Below, piece after piece: positions 1 to 8,573 of a DNA stretch of 64,000 nt. Source of the DNA: Bdellovibrio sp. Lineage in GTDB: Bacteria; Bdellovibrionota; Bdellovibrionia; Bdellovibrionales; Bdellovibrionaceae. The notes beneath the pieces are model-generated. The model did no database searches. It saw only the letters and a list, made by a program, of their open reading frames with translations, and was not told the origin of the DNA. A program made the position numbers and the translations under genes. How positions within the stretch are numbered: position 1 is the stretch's first letter; each line of letters starts with the position of its first letter. The stretch is taken from NCBI GenBank assembly GCA_036677065.1, contig JAKFBS010000002.1, positions 384,001 to 448,000 on the forward strand. The letters are read 5' to 3'.

Positions 1-1183
1 CGCCCATCGTGCCGGAAACTCCTGTTGCCATGTAACTTTGAAGATTTGCTACAGTATTCCACTCTTGAACCATCACTTGTATTCTATAATTTGTCTCAAA
101 AGACTCATCTAGGCACTCAAATGAGTAAAATGGATTAGCTCTTCTAATTTTTGTACCTGAACGATCACTAATTGGAGTAGTAAAATAAGGCTCAGTCGAA
201 GTTGTACCTGATTGTGGTCCGTAGCCTGTATGCGTATGAAGTCCATTTCTGGTAAAATAATTGGCCACAGCTATGTTGTCATGAGCACCAGCAGTAGCTT
301 CAGATGTCGATATCACTTTGTAAATTTTTGTTCTTGGTGTATTCGGCAATACTCTTTCAATTGCCCCAGAAGGTATGCCTCCAGAAATTAAATCCCAACT
401 ATGCTTACCAGGACCGCCGGTACAGTTACCTAGGCTACCACCCCAGCTTTTTCCACTCTCATCAGTTGGAACAGTTATACCACTTGAATCTGTTATATTG
501 GTTCGTAAACGATATTTACCCGCACAACAATTTTTTCCACCCTCTTCGTCCGAAGTATCATAATTACATTTAACGGTAACTTCGTCAGACGTGGAAAAAG
601 TTACGTCTGCCCCTGAAGTCGGAGGCGTTGCCGTAGTACAAGTGTATGGCGCACTCCCATCAACTATACATGTAGCAGTAGTAACTACTCCACTGGCATT
701 TTTCGCAGCAGTAATTTGAATATCTTGAGGGCCATAACCTACTTCATGGTTATAGTACCAATAAGGCTCCGTCCTAATATACTTACAAGCATTTGCCGGA
801 ACATTAAATTGAAATTTCATTCCTGTATAGAAAAGATCTAGCTCTCCTACTTCAAAATTACACACTAAATCATTCACAACTGAAGCTGAAGTAAAGCTAC
901 ATTTTGTTGAATATAGTGACTCTAAACTTGTTAAACTTTGAAATGCAATACTATCAGGAATCGTTACAAACAATTGAGAAGCATCATAGCCAGCTGGAAT
1001 CGTTGCACTTGCTTCTTCTTCTTCCTCTGTAGGCTCTGAAGCTGTTGGTGTTGGTTCAACAGTAGTTGTACCGGAAGTTGTCGTACTAGCTAGCGTACTT
1101 TGATTTCCTCCGCAGGAAGTAAAAAATAATCCTGCGAAACTTAATAAGACAATTGCTTGTACAACTTTTAAAGATCCATTCAT
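1..1183 (-). CDS. Cys-rich lipoprotein, hypothetical; 3' end runs off the window (absent from ORF track)
   Basis: Manual translation: GGAGG SD, ATG at 1183, MNGSLKVVQAIVLLSFAGLFFTSC (lipobox), Ser/Thr/Pro linker, frame open to window edge (~394 codons, 11 Cys). Confidence 0.85.
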   Translation of the reverse strand, partial: MNGSLKVVQAIVLLSFAGLFFTSCGGNQSTLASTTTSGTTTVEPTPTASEPTEEEEEASATIPAGYDASQLFVTIPDSIAFQSLTSLESLYSTKCSFTSASVVNDLVCNFEVGELDLFYTGMKFQFNVPANACKYIRTEPYWYYNHEVGYGPQDIQITAAKNASGVVTTATCIVDGSAPYTCTTATPPTSGADVTFSTSDEVTVKCNYDTSDEEGGKNCCAGKYRLRTNITDSSGITVPTDESGKSWGGSLGNCTGGPGKHSWDLISGGIPSGAIERVLPNTPRTKIYKVISTSEATAGAHDNIAVANYFTRNGLHTHTGYGPQSGTTSTEPYFTTPISDRSGTKIRRANPFYSFECLDESFETNYRIQVMVQEWNTVANLQSYMATGVSGTMG

Positions 1184-1294
1184 AGATCCTCCAACCATTT
1201 TTTGATTACGGACAAGTTCATGCGGTTTATGCATACCCTATTATCGTAACAATAATGATCAGAGGCGTCCCCTAGACTTGCCTCAATCTAGACA

Positions 1295-4192
1295 TTAGTC
1301 TTTCAGAGCCGGAGTGATGTCAAAAGCTTCGTTTTTACCATTACGCAAGACTAAGATCTTGGTCTTCACATCAGGCTTAACCGACTGTAGCGTGTAGACA
1401 TAATCGTAGATATTTTCGATCTTAGTTTGATCAAAACCAGTGATCACATCACCCGAAACCAGGCCTGCTTTTTCAGCCGGAGAGTTTTTCGCAACGCCGG
1501 TGATACGAACGCCCTTAACGCCTTCTTGTGTGTAATCAGGAATTGTTCCTAAGAAAATTCTAAAACTTCGGCCTTCTAATTGTTTGCCAGAATTACTTTC
1601 GACTTTTTCGTATTTCAGAATGTCTTTATCAGTCTTTACGATGGCATCACCGAAATACTGAACCACAGTAATTGTATCTTTTAGCCCTGAGTAATTTAGA
1701 GTTTCTGGCTTATCAAGTGGTGTATGGTATTCATTATGCGCACCTGTGAAAAATGAAATCGAGGGCACACCGACTAAATAAATCGACATAGAATCTGTTG
1801 GTAAATACGGGTCAGAAGTTAAGTTTAAGGCAACGCCCGTTTTAATCGACGAAGCTTCAGCCAGAGCGCGAAAACCTTCAGCCGAGCCAACGCCTTGAAT
1901 ATTTAAATTATCGCGTAAGCGACCAATCATATCCATATTAAGACCTGCAGCAAAAACATCACTCATTTTTTTATACTGCTTCACGAAGTGGTGCGAACCT
2001 AGAACGCCGATTTCTTCGCCAGACCAAACCGCGAAATATACCGGACGTTTAAGTTCTTTTTTCTGAGTTGAATAATAATGAGCTAATTCTAAAACACCGG
2101 CCACACCTGATGCATTATCATCAGCGCCGTAATGGATTTTGTCTTTGTGTTTACTAGTTGCTAATGAAGAACCCGGAAGACCTAAACCTAAATGATCACC
2201 GTGAGCACCCACTAAAATCGCTTTTGTTTTATTAGCTGTCGCAGGCTCAAGACGAGCAACCACGTTGCGGCCAGTTGATTTATTCGTTAATAAATCAATA
2301 GTTGCCGAAAAATATTGAGAAGTTAGATTAAAGCCAACAACCGAATCATAGCTATCGTATTTTGTTTTTACTTGATCATAACTAGTTAAGTCTTTGTTAT
2401 CTGATGTATTTTTTAAAAGTTTTTCGAAAACGGCTGTCGTAATTTTAACAATCGGAAGTTGCGAATCAGATAAGCTTCCGGCAAATTTTAAATCGCTGAT
2501 CTTATTTTTATCTTTTGTTTCTTCAACTAAAATTACACCAAACGCACCTGCATTTTTGGCCACTGTAATCTTATGTTGCATCCGCGAGAACGATAACAAG
2601 TACGTGTGTTTAGAGAATTCTTTTTTAGCAGGCTTTGGCGCTTCATCTAAAATAACAACCCATTTACCTTTAACATCTAAGTCTTTGTAGGAATCAAATC
2701 CTGAAAATTCGCTATGCGCCGGGGCTTTAATACCAAACCCTGCAAACACAACCGGGGCCGCATTAAATGCGCCATTTTTAGAATATGAAATTAACTGATA
2801 GTCTTCGTTTAATTTTAAACTTTGTTCGAAACGCCCCTTAAATTCGGCTTTATTTTTCTGACCAGCTGTTACTCCAGAAATAAACTCGAAAGTCTGGATA
2901 AAGTTTTTGCCATCGGCTGGAACTAATCCCCATGATTTAAATAAATCGGCGATTTTTTGTGTATATACTTTTTCTTCTTCAGATCCAGTAAAACGCCCTT
3001 TAAATTCTTCGCTCGCCAAATAAGAAACGATCGCTTTCGTGTCTTGTTCGCGAATTTCAGGCTTAAGATCAGATAACGTATCTACAGGCTTAGGTTTTGC
3101 CTCTGGCAGGTCCAATAGCTTTCTAGCCTTAACATCATCCCAATCAGCGATATAGATCTGGCTTTCGCCTTTTTCATTTTTATGTGACCACGTGATCTTT
3201 TTAGCATCTGGCGAAAAAGTCGCAAGACCATCAAAACCTTCAGCAAAAGTTACGCGCTTGGGTTCTTTTAAGCCTTCGGCATCGACAATAAATAATTCAA
3301 AATTAGAATATCCGCCCACTGTCGTATTAAAAATAATATAATCGCCGCTTGGGTGAAAAAACGGAGCCCAAGACATTGAATTTAGACGTGTAATTTGTTT
3401 TTGGTTTTTACCATCAACATCCATGGTGAAAATTTCTGCCGAAGCCCCCGATTCAGAAAACCGGCGCCAAGTGATTTTTTTTCCGTCGGCAGAAAAGAAA
3501 GGTCCTCCATCATAACCAGAACTTGTCGTTAAACGTTTCACATCACTGCCATCGGCTTTCATGATGTAGATTTCCATAAAATAAGACGGGTCTTGTTTAA
3601 ATTTTTTATCTTCTTCTGCAGTTAGTTTGTGATCATAAGCGATACGATTCGACGCAAACGCGATGTACTGACCATCCGGAGAATAAGAACCTTCAGCATC
3701 ATAACCTAATTCTTTAGTTAAACGCTTAAGGTTTTTACCCTCAAGGTTAGATTCAAAGATATCAAAGTGTTCATCAAAGCTCCATGAATAGCGACCCTTA
3801 ACAGGGTTTGCACGCAGTGCTAATTCTTCTTTAACTTTTGCAGGAATTTTTTTATCTAGGTGAGTTGATGACCACATCACTTTTTGCATATTCGGATGAA
3901 CCCAACCACAAGTGGTTTTACCTTGGCCCGGAGAAAGCCTTTGCACACTTCCCGATTCAAGATCCATGATAAACATTTGGTAAAAAGGGTTATTCGGTTC
4001 ACGCTCTGATTGAAACACCATTTTTTTACCATCAGCGCTAAAGTAGCCCTCGCCAGATTTTGGCCCAACGAAAGTAATCTGTTTGGCGTTTTGAATCAGC
4101 TTTGGATCTTCACTCAATGCATCTGCGCCTAAATAAATAACCGCAGCTATTGGTAAAATTGAAATTCTAATTAAACTTTTTAAATTCTTCAT
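1295..4192 (-). CDS. Secreted M28-family aminopeptidase with N-terminal TolB/PD40 beta-propeller, PA domain and C-terminal PDZ
   Basis: Signal peptide; repeated FSPDG/FSADG motifs; M28 motifs GAHGDH, GADDNASG, GEEIG, NMDMIG, YHT; PDZ motif SPAEKAGLVSGDVI. Confidence 0.9.
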   Translation of the reverse strand: MKNLKSLIRISILPIAAVIYLGADALSEDPKLIQNAKQITFVGPKSGEGYFSADGKKMVFQSEREPNNPFYQMFIMDLESGSVQRLSPGQGKTTCGWVHPNMQKVMWSSTHLDKKIPAKVKEELALRANPVKGRYSWSFDEHFDIFESNLEGKNLKRLTKELGYDAEGSYSPDGQYIAFASNRIAYDHKLTAEEDKKFKQDPSYFMEIYIMKADGSDVKRLTTSSGYDGGPFFSADGKKITWRRFSESGASAEIFTMDVDGKNQKQITRLNSMSWAPFFHPSGDYIIFNTTVGGYSNFELFIVDAEGLKEPKRVTFAEGFDGLATFSPDAKKITWSHKNEKGESQIYIADWDDVKARKLLDLPEAKPKPVDTLSDLKPEIREQDTKAIVSYLASEEFKGRFTGSEEEKVYTQKIADLFKSWGLVPADGKNFIQTFEFISGVTAGQKNKAEFKGRFEQSLKLNEDYQLISYSKNGAFNAAPVVFAGFGIKAPAHSEFSGFDSYKDLDVKGKWVVILDEAPKPAKKEFSKHTYLLSFSRMQHKITVAKNAGAFGVILVEETKDKNKISDLKFAGSLSDSQLPIVKITTAVFEKLLKNTSDNKDLTSYDQVKTKYDSYDSVVGFNLTSQYFSATIDLLTNKSTGRNVVARLEPATANKTKAILVGAHGDHLGLGLPGSSLATSKHKDKIHYGADDNASGVAGVLELAHYYSTQKKELKRPVYFAVWSGEEIGVLGSHHFVKQYKKMSDVFAAGLNMDMIGRLRDNLNIQGVGSAEGFRALAEASSIKTGVALNLTSDPYLPTDSMSIYLVGVPSISFFTGAHNEYHTPLDKPETLNYSGLKDTITVVQYFGDAIVKTDKDILKYEKVESNSGKQLEGRSFRIFLGTIPDYTQEGVKGVRITGVAKNSPAEKAGLVSGDVITGFDQTKIENIYDYVYTLQSVKPDVKTKILVLRNGKNEAFDITPALKD

Positions 4193-4237
4193 ATAAACTG
4201 TAATCCTTAAGGTATATAAAAACTTAAAAGGAATTTT

Positions 4238-4783
4238 ATGAATTGGGTATTACTTTGTGTCTCTTTATTTGTTTTCAGCTGCCAAAATCAGCCTCTGGCT
4301 ACCGACAAGAAACCTGCTTCAATTAAAAGCTATGTGTCTTTAGATCTGGAATACCCAGAATATCAACAAACTCTCAATAAGCTTGATGCATTTTTAAGCA
4401 CTAAGCTTGTTAACCGCGCCGAAGCCCATATTACCGTGATCACGCCCCCTGAATTTACAAAAATAACTGCCAAAACCTCAGCTGAAACCATTCACCAAGA
4501 ATGGGAGGCCTGGAAAACCAAAACTTTTAAAAAAGTGTGTTTAGGCGAAGGCAGTTTAAAAGAAAAAAACAAAGTCTTAAAAACTTACTACGTGGTTGTT
4601 GAAGCCCCTGAGTTATTAGCTTTTCGCGAATATCTAAAAAACAAATACGCGGTCGAAGATTTTAAGGCCAATGTTTTTTACCCACATATTACACTTGGGT
4701 TTACCGAAAAAGATATGCACTTTGAACAAGGTGTAATTAAAGACCTGAAATCTTGTCCTAAGAAATTACAGCACCTTTTATAA
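4238..4783 (+). CDS. 2H-phosphoesterase superfamily lipoprotein
   Basis: Two HxT motifs (AHITVI, PHITLG); lipobox-like VFSC. Confidence 0.7.
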   Translation: MNWVLLCVSLFVFSCQNQPLATDKKPASIKSYVSLDLEYPEYQQTLNKLDAFLSTKLVNRAEAHITVITPPEFTKITAKTSAETIHQEWEAWKTKTFKKVCLGEGSLKEKNKVLKTYYVVVEAPELLAFREYLKNKYAVEDFKANVFYPHITLGFTEKDMHFEQGVIKDLKSCPKKLQHLL

Positions 4784-5895
4784 TGAAAGTCTGTGATTTA
4801 GCTTCAACATGTCCGGGATGTTCATTATGGCGAGTAGCTTACCATGAACAATTGACGCAAAAAACCAAGCGTCTGCAAGATTTATTTCTTGGACATCTAA
4901 ACCCACAACAAATCAGAACTCATTCTGCAGGCGAACACTCAATGCGTGAGCGTTTTGATTTTATCATCAAGGATAAAAAAGTTGGGCTTATCGACAAGGA
5001 TAGAAACTTTATCCCCATTAGCGAATGTTTACAACTTACACCCAAATTACAGCAAGCTTTAGATTTACTATCACAAGCTGACTTTAATATTCGCATCGGC
5101 ACGATTAGGCTGCGTGCCTCAAGCCGCGGCCAGGTGCAAAAATTCGGACTGTGGCTTGATTTTGCCAACAACGATATTAAAAATCTATTAGTTGAAAAAA
5201 CTATTTTAAAAAAACTATCTGAAAACTTTTTTATCGAAGTTGGTCAAAAAAAGAAATGTTTAGATGAATCGACATTCGACAAAGAACAAATCAAATTAGC
5301 TGATCCCAAAATGCAGCCTTGGTTTCACACTTATAATTATAAAACTAAAACTCCCCTTGATCTGAACTGCGCGGTCAGCAGTTTTACCCAACCATCAGCT
5401 GTCACTGCAAAACTGATGACTGATATCATCGCAGGCTGGATGCAAATACCTAAGCAAAACGTTTGGGAATTCGGCTGTGGCATCGGCCAATACACTTTTT
5501 CATTATTAAGCTTAGAACACAAGGTGAGTGTTTTTGAAAACGATGAATTCGCCTTACAGTGCGTAAAACAAACTGCGATACATAATCATTTACTAGAAAA
5601 TTTAACAATTCACAGTGGCGACTTTCAAAAACCTCAAAATTTAAAAATTACCGAAAAACCTGATGTGGTCTTGGTTAATCCACCAAAATCCGGACTAAAA
5701 AGTTTTACCCAAAACGTGATCGCTGCGAATCCTAAAAAAATTATTTATGTTTCTTGTTATCCAGAATCACTTCGCGCTGACAGCGAAATATTTTTACAGG
5801 CAAACTATAAAATCAGCAACGCACATATCGTTGATCAATTTCCGCAGACAAATCATTTTGAAGTTGTGATGTTATTTGAGAGAATAGATATTTAA
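4783..5895 (+). CDS. RNA m5U methyltransferase (RlmC/RlmD/TrmA family), no TRAM domain
   Basis: C-x5-CPGC...C Fe-S motif, EFGCGIG SAM motif, NPPKSG, YVSC, DQFPQTNHFE. Confidence 0.9.
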   Translation: MKVCDLASTCPGCSLWRVAYHEQLTQKTKRLQDLFLGHLNPQQIRTHSAGEHSMRERFDFIIKDKKVGLIDKDRNFIPISECLQLTPKLQQALDLLSQADFNIRIGTIRLRASSRGQVQKFGLWLDFANNDIKNLLVEKTILKKLSENFFIEVGQKKKCLDESTFDKEQIKLADPKMQPWFHTYNYKTKTPLDLNCAVSSFTQPSAVTAKLMTDIIAGWMQIPKQNVWEFGCGIGQYTFSLLSLEHKVSVFENDEFALQCVKQTAIHNHLLENLTIHSGDFQKPQNLKITEKPDVVLVNPPKSGLKSFTQNVIAANPKKIIYVSCYPESLRADSEIFLQANYKISNAHIVDQFPQTNHFEVVMLFERIDI

Positions 5896-6462
5896 GCCAG
5901 TCAGGCGGCCTGCGATATCTTTTTTTACTAATAAAGACAGTAGTGGCAAAGTAATAATGCCCGTCAATAAAGTCATCGTCGTGCGAATAACCACACGGGC
6001 TAAATAAGATCTTTTTACGCGTTCGTGGGGTTGGCCTAGGCGCAAAGCACAGGTGTGCTCACCGAGCGAAGCTCCGGTCAAAGTGCGGCTTGCGATAAAA
6101 TACATCCACCCGCAGAAAGTAAAAAAAACTAAAAATGTCATCAAGGCATTTTCATGCGACAACGTAAAACCTAAAGTTTGTCTTAAACCAAGTTTAATCA
6201 TCACCGATAAACACAGCAGAAAAAAACAACTCATCGCCGCGATCACTAACGTGTCGATCGTTGCGGCTAACCACATCCAAATTGATAAGCGAAAGCCCGT
6301 TCGCTTTTGCGGGCCACCTAAAAAACCAAGATCGAAATCAACCACACTGTAGTCACGACGAAAAAGTGGAGACTTTATTAAATCTCCACTTGTGCCAGAG
6401 TCTTTTTTAGGAACTCTGGTTTTTTCTATTTCGTTATGCGATTGATCTTTTTCAATGATCAT
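5872..6462 (-). CDS. RDD-family membrane protein (start moved to ATG 6462, overlapping upstream stop as TAATG)
   Basis: R..WLAATID motif, three hydrophobic segments, GASLGE...LRL, C-terminal D...G; coupling to upstream gene. Confidence 0.7.
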   Translation of the reverse strand: MIIEKDQSHNEIEKTRVPKKDSGTSGDLIKSPLFRRDYSVVDFDLGFLGGPQKRTGFRLSIWMWLAATIDTLVIAAMSCFFLLCLSVMIKLGLRQTLGFTLSHENALMTFLVFFTFCGWMYFIASRTLTGASLGEHTCALRLGQPHERVKRSYLARVVIRTTMTLLTGIITLPLLSLLVKKDIAGRLTGLNIYSLK

Positions 6463-8555
6463 TAACGAGATGTATCCACTGGTTTGGTTGTTGTGCCGGT
6501 AGCAGGTTGCTCTGGACAATTAATTGGATTTGCAACTTGAGATCCATCCCAGCAAGTGTAATTCGCTGTTGCCGGACAATTTGCTAAATCACTGACTTGA
6601 GTTACACCATCGGCACAAATATAAAGTGTCGTTGATGTCGAAGTCGTTTCACATAAACATGAAGCCGCATTTGTCATTGACTGTCCCGGAGGGCAAGCAG
6701 GGCATCCGCATGCACCGCTTGAAAGCAATGCCTGAGGAGCTGTACAAGTCTGGCCGCACGGAGGAATTGCTCCGTTAGGACATGCATCCGCTGCAGGATT
6801 TAATTTTGGTTTTTTAACTTGAAAGAAAATTTTCCAAGCCGCATAAAGCGCCACGCCACCTAATACCCACGGAGCAATTTTTTTAACACCACTCCAAAGT
6901 TTCGAGAAGAAACCTGGTTTGTCTTTATCGTCTTTACCGCCGCCTGGTCCTTTGCATTCACCGACTTTGACGCCGTCATGCTCTGAGCCTGGTCCGCAAA
7001 CTTTACCATCTGTACATTCAGGATCACATGTCCACTCACCACCCGGCGTTACAGGGTCTACAACTGGAGTAGTTCCTGACACTGGAGGAGTTGGAGGCTG
7101 TGGAGTTACAGCACACGCAGAACCTGGGTTAACCGCCGGGCCTGACGGACAAGCACAAGTTAATGTAGCTTCATCAACTTTACCGCCATCTTTACAGCCT
7201 GGATTTTTTTCTAAGTAAGCGGCTACGAATAAGAAACGTTTATGTAACTGGTCACAAGCGCCCCAGAATTCGCGGTCATACTGAGTTTCAGCTGCTGCCG
7301 CCGCACAATCATTACGGGCCGCAGTGATTGTTGAATCAAATTGTGATTGGATTTCTTGAAGTTTTGCTAAAAGTTCAGCTGTGATATTTCCTTTTTGAAA
7401 AGCATCGCGCATTTCAGGTGATCCATTTAACATACTGTCTAAGTATTTTTTTGTGTTCGCAATTGCTGCAGGATCTTGTAAAGCTTTTGCTTTATTAGCT
7501 TCTAAAATTCCTTGGTAGCGACTTGCGTCTTTTGCAGCTGCTGCTGCAGGTAGTGGAAGTTCTACTGAAGTTAAAGGCATTTTAGCATCACAACCTTTGT
7601 TGTAATGTGTTGCGGTTTGTAATTCTGATGAATTACTCAAGCAAAATTGTTTACCTGAACCATCAAATCCATAAATTGTCGGATTACATGGAAAATTACA
7701 ACCCGCTACTTTTGCACCAGCTGGGTATTGACAACGTTTACCAGCCCCGTAAGAACCGATATAACCGGCCACAACACACTTCGTGTCGGCAGCCTGCGCC
7801 TCATCAAGCATGGCAAAAAAGTTGTTCCATTTGTCTAAAGATGAAGTCTTTTTACCTTTTTTACCAACTGTTTTTGCATCAAGAACGTCTTGTGCACCAG
7901 ACCAAAGCATTCTCATGTTCATCATAAACTGAGCACGTTGAATCGGCGTCATTTTTTTCCAAAGATCTTTTGTGATTTTTGGCAAACCTGAAAACTTAGC
8001 CGGTGGAATAACTTTCTTCACCGCTACGGTTTTTTTCATAGTCTTAGGAGACGTTAAAGCATCGCCATAACCTTTTCTATGTGAAGCATCACCAAAATAA
8101 AGTTTGGCAAACATATCATCAAAATTGGCGATATCTTCTTCAGTTAAATTTGTGTTATCAAATTTAACAAATTTTTCGGGCTCACCTAAGAATTGAATGT
8201 TACTTAATTGATCTTTACCACTGATTCTCATGGTGGCGATAGTTTCGCCTTTTGAGTTTTTACTAGAACCCACAATAAATTGCGGCATTGGTTCATCTTT
8301 GAAACGAACCAATAACTGCTCAACCATTTTTTGAACACGTGGTGGATAATATTCTTTATTCTTTTTATAGAATTCACCAAACGTCATTGATTTATTTAAC
8401 CCAAGCTGTTGAACAATTTGTTCAAGCTGAGCTTTTGACATTTGTTCCTGATTGGCTTGCGCTTGTTTACCAAAAGCCACCGGTGAGAACACCATTGTGG
8501 CTAAAGATGCTGTTACTAACAAACCATTCAATTTTTTTAAAATCATGTTCATCAT
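6462..8555 (-). CDS. Secreted/membrane-anchored Cys-rich protein, paralogue B
   Basis: Signal peptide (..SPVAFG), 28 Cys all after residue ~255, TM helix IAPWVLGGVALYAAWKIFF, CxC-repeat tail; GAGG SD. Confidence 0.85.
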   Translation of the reverse strand: MMNMILKKLNGLLVTASLATMVFSPVAFGKQAQANQEQMSKAQLEQIVQQLGLNKSMTFGEFYKKNKEYYPPRVQKMVEQLLVRFKDEPMPQFIVGSSKNSKGETIATMRISGKDQLSNIQFLGEPEKFVKFDNTNLTEEDIANFDDMFAKLYFGDASHRKGYGDALTSPKTMKKTVAVKKVIPPAKFSGLPKITKDLWKKMTPIQRAQFMMNMRMLWSGAQDVLDAKTVGKKGKKTSSLDKWNNFFAMLDEAQAADTKCVVAGYIGSYGAGKRCQYPAGAKVAGCNFPCNPTIYGFDGSGKQFCLSNSSELQTATHYNKGCDAKMPLTSVELPLPAAAAAKDASRYQGILEANKAKALQDPAAIANTKKYLDSMLNGSPEMRDAFQKGNITAELLAKLQEIQSQFDSTITAARNDCAAAAAETQYDREFWGACDQLHKRFLFVAAYLEKNPGCKDGGKVDEATLTCACPSGPAVNPGSACAVTPQPPTPPVSGTTPVVDPVTPGGEWTCDPECTDGKVCGPGSEHDGVKVGECKGPGGGKDDKDKPGFFSKLWSGVKKIAPWVLGGVALYAAWKIFFQVKKPKLNPAADACPNGAIPPCGQTCTAPQALLSSGACGCPACPPGQSMTNAASCLCETTSTSTTLYICADGVTQVSDLANCPATANYTCWDGSQVANPINCPEQPATGTTTKPVDTSR

Positions 8556-8573
8556 AAATTATCCTCTAATATT

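Noticed and set aside
304..573. Plus-strand ORFs 304..573 and 375..563
   Set aside because: Antisense shadows of the minus-strand lipoprotein gene 1..1183
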